Assembly: GCA_038886535.1 (NCBI GenBank)
Contig: JAVZXS010000003.1
Location: forward strand, 15,080-79,079
From: Candidatus Micrarchaeia archaeon
GTDB taxonomy: Archaea; Micrarchaeota; Micrarchaeia; CABMEP01
DNA: 64,000 nt
Direction: 5' to 3'
Under the pieces are notes generated by a model. It had not been told where the DNA came from, did no database searches, and saw only the letters and a list, made by a program, of their open reading frames with translations. Positions 29,321 through 37,462 of the stretch are shown here, in pieces (position 1 is the first letter of the stretch; each line of letters starts with the position of its first letter). Made by a program: the position numbers and the translations under genes.

Positions 29321-29887
29321 ATGAAAATCAATATTGAATTAAACAATCCGGATGAAATGATATTTACCTTAAGCGATGCACCAACATCCATTGCAAATCT
29401 TATAAGAAGATATTCAATTAATTCAGTACCTGTATTTGCAATTACAGAGGTTTCAATATACGAGAATAATTCATCTTTCTTTGATGAGTACATAACACAT
29501 AGGCTTGGTTTGATTCCTCTTTCATCACCTCCAAAAGCAAAAGAAGGAGAAGAGGTAACTTTAATGTTGGATGTAACTGGCCCTGGCATGATATATGCAG
29601 AAAGTTTAAAATCAACAGACAAAAACGTAGTTCCAGTATATCCAAAAATGCCGATAATAAAGTTATTAGATGATCAAAATATAAGAATGGAGTGCAAGGC
29701 TGTTCTTGCACCAGGGAGAGTGCACGCAAGGCACCAGCCGGGAATAATTGCATATGAAAAAGACGGTAACAACTTTAAGTTCAAGATAGAATCATACGGT
29801 CAGATGACAGCTGAAATGATTCTCAAGAAGGCGCTTGCCAAAATAAAGGAGTCCGCAGAAAATGTGGAATCCTCTTTGGAGGAATGA
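29321..29887 (+). CDS. rpoD: DNA-directed RNA polymerase subunit D (Rpo3)
   Basis: ANLIRRYSINSVPVFAITEVSIYENNSSFFDEYITHRLGLIPL; operon position after S11. Confidence 0.85.
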   Translation: MKINIELNNPDEMIFTLSDAPTSIANLIRRYSINSVPVFAITEVSIYENNSSFFDEYITHRLGLIPLSSPPKAKEGEEVTLMLDVTGPGMIYAESLKSTDKNVVPVYPKMPIIKLLDDQNIRMECKAVLAPGRVHARHQPGIIAYEKDGNNFKFKIESYGQMTAEMILKKALAKIKESAENVESSLEE

Positions 29888-29919
29888 TAGGGCTTATGCC
29901 TCTGAGTTTATGTTAATCT

Positions 29920-30081
29920 GCAGGGGTGGCAGAGCCAGGTCAAATGCGCCAGCTTGAGGGGTTGGTGCCGTAGTGGCTGCGTGGGTTCAAATGAAACTTA
30001 TTTAAGAAAGAAGTTTCATCAAGAAAATTCTTCGATGAGACTTCCTCAATAAGAAAGTTTCTGGAAATCCCACCCCCTGCA
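29920..30081 (+). tRNA. tRNA-Leu(GAG), class II, with an intron of about 76 nt inside the T-loop (about 29993-30068)
   Basis: Acceptor GCAGGGG/CCCCTGC with discriminator A. Anticodon stem CCAGC/GTTGG with loop TTGAGGG. Long variable arm. T stem GTGGG (29981-85) and CCCAC (30069-73) are separated by 83 nt that begin TTCAAAT and end GGAAAT. Confidence 0.8.
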
Positions 30082-30154
30082 TGATGATCTGAATGCGTTC
30101 GAAAAAAATGTTAAAAAAATAAACGATCCACATAATATTTATTAGGTGTTGATT

Positions 30155-30496
30155 ATGATGAAAGGACCAGAGAGAATCGAAACAATAAGAGCGTTAAAAT
30201 CTCTTTCAAAAGGAAAGGGAGCTTTATTTAAAGTATTATCAAAGTCTTTGAAGATGCCAAGAAGAAAAAAGATATGTGTTAATCTAAGCAAGATTTCAAG
30301 ATATTCAAAACCAAATTCAGTAGTAGTTGTTCCAGGTAAAGTTCTTGCAGGTGGGGAACTGAAGCATAAGATTGATTTAGTTGCGCTGTCTTTCAGTGAG
30401 GTTGCTTCTAAGAAGATCAAGGCAAGCGGAAGTCAAATTCATGATTTTGACTGGCTTGTCAAAAGAGGAGCAAAGGATGTTATATTAATAAAGTAA
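30155..30496 (+). CDS. rpl18e: 50S ribosomal protein L18e (eL18)
   Basis: Conserved operon position after rpoD/tRNA-Leu; small basic protein (KVLAGGEL...); ATG at 30155 lies 7 nt after AGGTG. Confidence 0.8.
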   Translation: MMKGPERIETIRALKSLSKGKGALFKVLSKSLKMPRRKKICVNLSKISRYSKPNSVVVVPGKVLAGGELKHKIDLVALSFSEVASKKIKASGSQIHDFDWLVKRGAKDVILIK

Positions 30497-30530
30497 TAGA
30501 TTTGTCTTCATAGATTATTGGGTGTTAAAT

Positions 30531-30953
30531 ATGATAATAAATGGCGAAGGAGCGATTCTTGGAAGAATGGCAGCTATCGCAGCAAAATCTGCATTAAAAG
30601 GTGAACAAGTTACGGTTGTTAATGCTGAAAAGATAATCATATCTGGAAATCCAAGACAGATTGTTGAGAAATATAAAGTAAGAAGAAGCCTTAAGAACAA
30701 AGCAGATCCAGAAAAATCTCCAAAGTGGCCAAGAAGGCCAGATATGCTTGTAAGAAGAATAATAAGAGGAATGCTTCCATATGATAAAGCAACTGGAAGA
30801 CAAGCATATAAAAGAATAAGAGTTTATATGGGTGTTCCAGAAGAATTCGCATCAAAACTTGGAGAAGCAATCGAATTTAAGAGAAATCTTCCAAGGAATT
30901 ATATTTCTATAGGTCAATTATCAAGAGAGTTGGGTTGGTATGGCAAAGCGTAA
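30531..30953 (+). CDS. rpl13: 50S ribosomal protein L13 (uL13)
   Basis: IINGEGAILGRMAA...VVNAEKIIISGN and RRIIRGMLP; ATG at 30531 follows GGGTG. Confidence 0.9.
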   Translation: MIINGEGAILGRMAAIAAKSALKGEQVTVVNAEKIIISGNPRQIVEKYKVRRSLKNKADPEKSPKWPRRPDMLVRRIIRGMLPYDKATGRQAYKRIRVYMGVPEEFASKLGEAIEFKRNLPRNYISIGQLSRELGWYGKA

Positions 30954-31485
30954 ATCTACTAAAACCGCGGAAGCGGCTGATGTTGAAAAAATTGAATCTT
31001 CTGAAAAATTAGAGAAAGAGAATTTAGAGCAGAGTGAGGGAGAAAAAGAGTCAAAGCAAGATTCAAAAGTAAAGAAAAGAACTCCTAAAAAACAGATAGT
31101 GGTATCAGCAAGAAGAAAAATGGCAATTGCAAGATCTACGATAAAACCAGGTAAAGGAATAGTTAGAATAAATAAGATAAACTTAAATGCAATAGACAAT
31201 CCTTACGTAAAGACCTTGATCTCAGAGCCGCTTAAGATTGCAAACGATTATATTTCACAAGTAGACATTGATGTTAATGTATATGGTGGGGGCCAGATGG
31301 GTCAAGCACAGGCAGTAAGATCTGCAATTGCTAAGGCTCTTGTTGCGTATACAAAAGATTCACAACTAAAGAAGGAAATGTTGGCGTATGATAGATTTAT
31401 GCTTATAGACGATGTAAGACAGGTAGAACCTAAGAAATTCAAAGGAAGAAAAGCAAGAGCGAGATTCCAGAAATCATACAGATAA
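30940..31485 (+). CDS. rps9: 30S ribosomal protein S9 (uS9) with a Lys/Glu-rich N-terminal extension of about 45 aa
   Basis: ARRKMAIARSTIKPGKGIVRIN, GGGQMGQAQAVRSAIAKAL and C-terminal RARFQKSYR; overlaps the rpl13 end by 14 nt. Confidence 0.9.
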   Translation: MAKRKSTKTAEAADVEKIESSEKLEKENLEQSEGEKESKQDSKVKKRTPKKQIVVSARRKMAIARSTIKPGKGIVRINKINLNAIDNPYVKTLISEPLKIANDYISQVDIDVNVYGGGQMGQAQAVRSAIAKALVAYTKDSQLKKEMLAYDRFMLIDDVRQVEPKKFKGRKARARFQKSYR

Positions 31486-31586
31486 TTAGATTATTTAGAT
31501 TATTTTAAAATTTTCTTAGTGTATATTCAATATAATTAGATAAAAATTAGATAAAAATGCGAAGTTAATAAAAAAGAGGTAATAAA

Positions 31587-31784
31587 ATGTTGCCACCAAT
31601 AAGATGTTTCTCATGTGGGAAGCCAATAGGTCATTTATTTGAAGCCTACAAAGAAAAAACATCACAAGGTAAAGATACAGCAGCAGTTTTAGATGAACTT
31701 GGAGTAAAAAAATACTGCTGCAGAAGAATGTTTATTTCTTATGTTGATCTTAGTGATGAAGTCATACATTATAAAGGCCATTAA
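31587..31784 (+). CDS. rpoN: DNA-directed RNA polymerase subunit N (Rpo10)
   Basis: MLPPIRCFSCGKPIG...YCCRRM zinc-binding pattern; 65 aa. Confidence 0.9.
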   Translation: MLPPIRCFSCGKPIGHLFEAYKEKTSQGKDTAAVLDELGVKKYCCRRMFISYVDLSDEVIHYKGH

Positions 31785-31862
31785 ATTCAAAAAGTGATTA
31801 ATTCAAAGGGTGATTATTAGTTTGAGATAAAATAATTATATATAGGATGGTCGCTTGAGAGC

Positions 31863-31971
31863 GGGGCTGTCTGCTAGCCTGGTTAGGCTTCCACCTTGGG
31901 GTGGTGGCGACCCGAGTTCAAGAACTTCAGGTTGAAAATGCCTGATGGTTGAACAAATCTCGGCGGCCCCA
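31863..31971 (+). tRNA. tRNA-Pro(GGG) with an intron of about 35 nt inside the T-loop (about 31922-31956)
   Basis: Acceptor GGGGCTG/CGGCCCC with discriminator A. Anticodon stem CCACC/GGTGG with loop TTGGGGT. T stem CCGAG (31912-16) and CTCGG (31959-63) are separated by 42 nt starting TTCAA and ending AAAT. Intron TTGAAC pairs with exon GTTCAA. Confidence 0.8.
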
Positions 31972-32022
31972 TTATCTCAATGATGTTAATTAGTTTGAGA
32001 TTATAATTAGAAGGTTGATCAA

Positions 32023-32700
32023 ATGGTTGAAAATGAAAATCTTCAAGAAAAATATCTTGAAGCTGGCGTTCACATCGGAACCAGAGTGTCCAGCAAATGG
32101 ATGAAGAAATTTGTATACAAATTTAGAAAAGATAAGCTTGTGATGCTTAATGTTGAGATGATAGACAGCAGGATAAAGAATATGGCTAAGCTTCTTAGCA
32201 AGTATGATATGTCTAAGGTAGCTGTAGTAGCATCTCGTGTTTATGCAGTTCCGGCTGCGAAAAAATTTGCAGAAATATTTGGTGCGAAATCATTTTTAGG
32301 AAGATTTATTCCAGGTACATTTACAAATCCTTCAAATGAAAATTTCTTTGAACCACAAGTAATATTTGTTTGTGATCCAAGAGTAGAAAAACAGGCTCTT
32401 ATAGAAGGAACATTTACTGGCGCATTGAATGTAGGATTGGCAGATACAGATAATTCAATAAAGAATCTTGACTACTTTATTCCTTGTAATAACAAAGGAA
32501 AGAAATCAGTCCCATTTGTTTTCTATCTTCTTTCAAAAGAACTTATGAAGGCAAAGGGAATGATTAAGGACGATTCAGAATTCAAATACAAGCCAGAGGA
32601 CTTTGAGCTTACCTCCTTCACAGCAGAAGAAAAGAAGGAAGTAGAAGAGTCTGAAAAAGAGGCCAAAAAAATAGAAGCAAAAGAAGAAGTAGAAGAGTAA
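32023..32700 (+). CDS. rps2: 30S ribosomal protein S2 (uS2) with an acidic C-terminal tail
   Basis: LEAGVHIGT, VFVCDPRVEKQALIE and IPCNNKGKKS. Confidence 0.9.
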   Translation: MVENENLQEKYLEAGVHIGTRVSSKWMKKFVYKFRKDKLVMLNVEMIDSRIKNMAKLLSKYDMSKVAVVASRVYAVPAAKKFAEIFGAKSFLGRFIPGTFTNPSNENFFEPQVIFVCDPRVEKQALIEGTFTGALNVGLADTDNSIKNLDYFIPCNNKGKKSVPFVFYLLSKELMKAKGMIKDDSEFKYKPEDFELTSFTAEEKKEVEESEKEAKKIEAKEEVEE

Positions 32701-32776
32701 GTATTCTTTTGTTTTCTTTATTCTCTTCTTTTCGTCTCTTTTATTCTCTTCTTATTCTCTTCCTTTTATAATTCAT

Positions 32777-34048
32777 TTATCCTTTCATGCATTCATTCCT
32801 TAAAGAATTATCAATTATATATACACAGTAGTCTGTTGCCAGCTGCTCTCTTTTTATTGCCATGTAGATGCATTGATCTTTGTAATACCCATCATTCATT
32901 TTTATACAGTTATCAAATGAAACTTTACTTCCAGCTATAACTTGTAGATAACAATCAGAAACATCTTTTCTTGTTAAGCTTGATGTATTTAGTAGGATTT
33001 CACATTCAGATGGCATTGCGTTTGCTTTTGCCACATTTTGAACGCATACTTTTTTCAGCATTATTGTTTTTATTCTGTCACACCCATTCACATCTTTGCT
33101 TGTCATTGCATAATCCCAATAGCATGAATCTCTTTTTTGTTCTGTAGATATCTCTTTGCAGAAACTCATGTCTTCAGCTCTTACGACACATCTCTGATAG
33201 CAGTCATCTTTGTAATTTATTCCAGATATAACGTTACACCAAGAACATGAAGAAGTGTAAACAGAATAATATTGATAACAGTAATCTTTTATTTGGATAT
33301 TCTCTATTGTTCCACATTGGACATTCTTAGAAATTATACTTTCACATGCTGTCTTTATGCCAAGATTTGATATCATTTCACATTTATTTTCTGAAAGACT
33401 AATGGAATAGTTTAGATAACATTCATCTTTTTGAAGTTGTGTGGTCATTTTTTCACATAAAGAAGCATTTTTCTTTGCTATTGCATTACATATATTAAGC
33501 ATGTAACTGTCATTTAATTTCTTGCATTCTTCTACATAGTCTCTTAAAAGGCAATCATTCCTTAAAGTGGAATTTTGTATCATATTGCATGCAGAATCCC
33601 CAAATTTAACTGCTGCATTTCTAAAGCATAAGTCTCTTTCGCTCCCATTCAATTTATTACAATAGCTATAATTGTATTCGGAAAGCTTTGAGATGCACTC
33701 AACATAATATTTCTGATCAAACTCTTCTTTTAAGAGAATTTCACAATCCTCTATATCATTGTTATTGTATGCTCTTTCAATTATGCATTTTTCCTTACCA
33801 ATAAGCAGATCTTCACATTTTTTCGGAATGGTTTGGTTTGTCTCGTTTCCAGGCAAAGTCTGATTCGTCTGGTTCAAATTTGTTTCATTCTTCTTTATAA
33901 TCGGCCCAATTTCAACATTCTTCTCTATGCAACCATACAGGAAAATCAGCGAAAGCAAAGCAACAAGAAGCATAAATATTCCAACTCTCACCTTTTTACC
34001 ATTTGTTTTTCTTTCCATTTTTTCCCTCTCAATTATTTTTAATATCAA
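32777..34048 (-). CDS. Cys-rich repeat surface protein with N-terminal signal anchor/lipobox-like LYGC
   Basis: Hydrophobic N-terminus VRVGIFMLLVALLSLIFLYGC, an NxT-rich linker, about 31 Cys, and repeated C-x(8-12)-[RK]D-x-C-[YFL] units. Confidence 0.6.
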   Translation of the reverse strand: MILKIIEREKMERKTNGKKVRVGIFMLLVALLSLIFLYGCIEKNVEIGPIIKKNETNLNQTNQTLPGNETNQTIPKKCEDLLIGKEKCIIERAYNNNDIEDCEILLKEEFDQKYYVECISKLSEYNYSYCNKLNGSERDLCFRNAAVKFGDSACNMIQNSTLRNDCLLRDYVEECKKLNDSYMLNICNAIAKKNASLCEKMTTQLQKDECYLNYSISLSENKCEMISNLGIKTACESIISKNVQCGTIENIQIKDYCYQYYSVYTSSCSWCNVISGINYKDDCYQRCVVRAEDMSFCKEISTEQKRDSCYWDYAMTSKDVNGCDRIKTIMLKKVCVQNVAKANAMPSECEILLNTSSLTRKDVSDCYLQVIAGSKVSFDNCIKMNDGYYKDQCIYMAIKREQLATDYCVYIIDNSLRNECMKG

Positions 34049-34064
34049 ATACTTTAATATTAAA

Positions 34065-34970
34065 TCACATTCCCTCGTAACATTCTTCCCATCCTTCTTC
34101 TTCTGCCTGCTTCTTGAATTTGATTCCTATTAATTTATATGCAAGTTGTGCACATATGATGGATGGCATCTTGAATCCATTTATTGGTGCGTGTTCAGTT
34201 ATATCCACCCCTATTATATTTCTTTTCTCTCCTATCTTCATCAATGGACTTACAACTTCATCCCAACTGAGTCCCCACGGCTCAGGCATTAATGTCGCAG
34301 GCATTAAGGAAGGGTCAAATGCATCTACATCTATACTTATGTAAACATTATCTTCTATTTCTTTCAGAAAGTCATTGAGCTCCTTCTGGTTGCTTATTCT
34401 GCAGTAAGCGTTAAGCTTTTCAGCTTCCTTGATTTCTTCACTTCCTATGCTTCTTGTTCCCAATAAGCTTACATTTATTTTATTTTCAACAAGCCTCTTT
34501 GTAACAGAAAGATTAGAGTTTTTATTTCCTTCAAATTCATCTTTCATATCTGTATGGGCATCAATGATTAGAACGCTGAACTCCTCATCTTTTTTCTTCA
34601 TCTCTTCACTCGCAGCTTTTACTGTAGCTATAGAAATAGCTTGATCTCCCCCAAGTACTACTGGAAACTTTCCATCCTGGATTATCTTTTTAGTGTTCAA
34701 ATATATAGAATTCAATCCAGCATCTCCTAAATAGATTCTTTCAGGAAGAGGATAAATTCTTGCTGCGCAGGGAGAGTAATTCAGTTGAAGGTCATAATCT
34801 TCCATGTTCCAGTTTTCAAGGATCTCCGAAGGTCCAAGAAGTGTTTGTTCAGAAATAGATGTTGAAGCGAAAGGTGCAGGAAATATTACTGCTCTTGCTT
34901 CTTCATAAGTGACATCCAGTCCCATGAAGTTTACTTTAGGCAATATTGATTTTTCCTTCCTATCTGCCAT
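34065..34970 (-). CDS. speB: agmatinase/arginase-family ureohydrolase
   Basis: IIDAHTDM, ISIDVDAFDP and GVDITEHAP metal-binding motifs; adjacent to deoxyhypusine synthase. Confidence 0.8.
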   Translation of the reverse strand: MADRKEKSILPKVNFMGLDVTYEEARAVIFPAPFASTSISEQTLLGPSEILENWNMEDYDLQLNYSPCAARIYPLPERIYLGDAGLNSIYLNTKKIIQDGKFPVVLGGDQAISIATVKAASEEMKKKDEEFSVLIIDAHTDMKDEFEGNKNSNLSVTKRLVENKINVSLLGTRSIGSEEIKEAEKLNAYCRISNQKELNDFLKEIEDNVYISIDVDAFDPSLMPATLMPEPWGLSWDEVVSPLMKIGEKRNIIGVDITEHAPINGFKMPSIICAQLAYKLIGIKFKKQAEEEGWEECYEGM

Positions 34971-35039
34971 AATCTAGTTTATAAGCTTTAGTTTAAAAAG
35001 TTTAGTTTTTATGTCTTTCGTATTATGTTATGCGCTTTT

Positions 35040-36059
35040 TTATTTTCTGAATGCCCCAGCTACAAGCAATGGAAATGCAATTGTTGCATCGCAGAATACC
35101 TTAACACTTTTTGTACCTGGTTTTATTTTTCCCCAAGACACGGCCTCATCAGGTCTTGCACCACTGTCTGACCCACCCTCTTCAATTTCTGTATTTATAT
35201 AAATAGTATAATCAGCTCCGTTTCTATATAAATTTGCATTCATTATATGATGTTTTATTATCCCACCACCTAGAACGATTACACCTGTTTTCTTTGCATC
35301 TAAAACCATGTTAACAAGTTTATTCATGTCTGCAGCTATGTCAATTCTGAAGTCAGCATTTTTCTTATCACTTTCTCTAAAGAAGTAGACCATATCTCCT
35401 ATAGATCCATCTGTTAATGCTGGGCAGAATGTTGGGATATTATTTCTTGAAGCCCAGTAATAAATTGATTTTTCATCCTGAACTTTAAGTCCTAATTTAT
35501 GAATAAATTCAGAAGGAGTATGAATACGTCCTGTGCTTCTTTGTTCATCAAGCAGCTCTTTCAAGAATGGATGCATCATCTTTTCAAATTCAATGTATCT
35601 ATTATTTGGGACAAAAACATTTCCTATTCTATTAATTCCTTTTTTCCTTAATTCAGCACCGTCAGCTCTAAAATCCCCAACATAAAAATTGCCAAACGTT
35701 TTCAAAATGTCTTCTTCCACTCCACCTGTGGTTGTAACCAAAGCCTTAACCATTTTATGCTTTACAAGATATCTTATGACATCCCTTATACCGGAACTTA
35801 CCATATTTGAATTATAGGCTAAAAAAATGTCTGCATTCTCTCTTCTCATTTCTTTAGCTATTTCTATGGCCTTGCCAAGGTGAGATGCTTGCATTCCTAT
35901 ATTGTAATATGAATTTATCAATTCACTTACTTCATCATTGATTTCAAATTTATCAAAATCATAACCCTTAATAATAGGCAAATCATTAGGTTCTTCTGAT
36001 TCTTTGTAATTTGCATCGTGCGCCTTTTTTATCTTATCTTTTGAAACCATTTTCTTCAC
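35040..36059 (-). CDS. dys: deoxyhypusine synthase
   Basis: NMVSSGIRDVIRYLVKHKMVKALVTTTGGVEEDI, GGGIIKHHIMNAN and EAVSWGKI. Confidence 0.9.
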   Translation of the reverse strand: MKKMVSKDKIKKAHDANYKESEEPNDLPIIKGYDFDKFEINDEVSELINSYYNIGMQASHLGKAIEIAKEMRRENADIFLAYNSNMVSSGIRDVIRYLVKHKMVKALVTTTGGVEEDILKTFGNFYVGDFRADGAELRKKGINRIGNVFVPNNRYIEFEKMMHPFLKELLDEQRSTGRIHTPSEFIHKLGLKVQDEKSIYYWASRNNIPTFCPALTDGSIGDMVYFFRESDKKNADFRIDIAADMNKLVNMVLDAKKTGVIVLGGGIIKHHIMNANLYRNGADYTIYINTEIEEGGSDSGARPDEAVSWGKIKPGTKSVKVFCDATIAFPLLVAGAFRK

Positions 36060-36114
36060 CTAACTTTATTAAATCACATGTAAGAATATTAAATCTTGCT
36101 GTTCTAATATATTT

Positions 36115-36579
36115 ATGGAAATTCCAGAATCAAAACTTATAAAATCAGAAATTATTCTGCGAGATATGGATTTGAATGATGAAGTAAAAATGACAAGAAA
36201 ATCTTTAGTAAGATGGTTAGCTTTATCTTTAGGAATAATATCAAAAAATGAGTCAAGACAGTCAGTTTTAAATGTTCTTGAGGCGCTTCTTTATTATCAT
36301 CTTAAAGAGAAGAAAGAACCGAACTATCAAGATCTAGTTGAATATTTTTCAAAGAATAACATTCAAATGAATGAAAAAACAATAAGATATCACTTAACAC
36401 AGCTTAGAAAGATGGGAATACTTGAAGACAATCGAGGCACATATCGTTTTTCAGGATTTCAATATGATGATCTTTCTTCAGCTCTAGAAACAACATATCA
36501 AAAAAGAGCATATATGGCATTCTTTAACATAAAGCAATCGTTAAATATCCTTCAAAAAATGTACGAAGAACAGAAATAA
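36115..36579 (+). CDS. winged-helix DNA-binding protein (putative transcription regulator)
   Basis: EKTIRYHLTQLRKMGILEDNRGTYRF, a wHTH recognition helix plus wing. Confidence 0.55.
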   Translation: MEIPESKLIKSEIILRDMDLNDEVKMTRKSLVRWLALSLGIISKNESRQSVLNVLEALLYYHLKEKKEPNYQDLVEYFSKNNIQMNEKTIRYHLTQLRKMGILEDNRGTYRFSGFQYDDLSSALETTYQKRAYMAFFNIKQSLNILQKMYEEQK

Positions 36580-36666
36580 TTGTATTTAATTATTTGCTTG
36601 ATTTAGTCATTGTATTTTTACTCTCTTGATCTTTCAGATAAATTAAACTGCTTAGTAGGTGATAAA

Positions 36667-37263
36667 ATGTTAATTGTAGATCTTGAAACTACTGGCGTCA
36701 ATCCTAAAAAAAATTCAATAATCAGCATAGGAGCAATAGATTTTCTTCATCCTGAAAGGACATTTTATGAAGAATGTAGGCCATGGAACGGAGCAGAAAT
36801 AGATGATGATGCTTTAGCTATTAATGGTTTTACTAAGGATCAGATTCTTGATGAAAACAGAAAAACTCTTTATGAGGCAATGAACAACTTTCTTAAATGG
36901 ATTAGCGAATCAGAAAATCAAACACTCGGTGGTCATAACTTTGGATTTGATTGGGCTTTCTTAAAAGAAACAGCTGAAATTTACAATCTTTCCTGGAAGC
37001 CGCATAGAAGAATTGTAGATCTTCATTCAGTATGCTACACCCATTATCTTAAGAGAGGCATTATTCCTCCGCTTAAAGACAACAGAACTGATCTGAGTTT
37101 CAACAAGGTTCTTAACTATGTTGGCCTTCCTGACGAGCCAATTCCGCACAATGCATTATTCGGTGCAAAGGCAGCTGCTGAGGCATTCTCACGTCTTCTC
37201 TATGGGAAGTCTCTTCTTGATGAATTTCATAAATATCCAATTCCAGATTACCTTAAAATTTAG
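36667..37263 (+). CDS. DnaQ/RNase T-like 3'-5' exonuclease (DEDDh fold), paralogue 1
   Basis: Exo I IVDLETTG, Exo II GHNFGFDWAFL, Exo III PHNALFGAKAAAEAF. The ATG at 36667 lies 4 nt after AGGTGAT. Confidence 0.75.
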   Translation: MLIVDLETTGVNPKKNSIISIGAIDFLHPERTFYEECRPWNGAEIDDDALAINGFTKDQILDENRKTLYEAMNNFLKWISESENQTLGGHNFGFDWAFLKETAEIYNLSWKPHRRIVDLHSVCYTHYLKRGIIPPLKDNRTDLSFNKVLNYVGLPDEPIPHNALFGAKAAAEAFSRLLYGKSLLDEFHKYPIPDYLKI

Positions 37264-37370
37264 TAAATTTATAATATTCTACTATCATCTTGATTAAAGG
37301 ATTCAAATTATATCGGGAGATATCGGAAGTAAACAAATAGGTAATAATATAGGTAAGAAGCACAATATAT

Positions 37371-37418
37371 CTTACATTTTTGCAAACTATAATTTTCAAA
37401 AATGTTGAAAATTTGCAA
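37371..37418 (+). repeat. 48-nt direct repeat, copy 1 (contains nested inverted repeats)
   Basis: CTTACATTTTTGCAAACTATAATTTTCAAAAATGTTGAAAATTTGCAA. It is identical to 38803-38850 except A37391/G38823. Confidence 0.9.
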
Positions 37419-37462
37419 ATTAAAATCAAAGAATTTATATATTTAACTATTAATAACATTTT

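Noticed and set aside
29321-29887. RpoD seems short (188 aa)
   Set aside because: Some archaeal Rpo3/RpoD proteins without the Fe-S domain are of similar length as far as I recall. This is not clearly unusual.
30081-30092. ATGATGA followed by CTGA immediately after tRNA-Leu, resembling C and D boxes of a C/D sRNA
   Set aside because: The two boxes are separated by only 1 nt. No guide region, C'/D' boxes or terminal stem could be found downstream.
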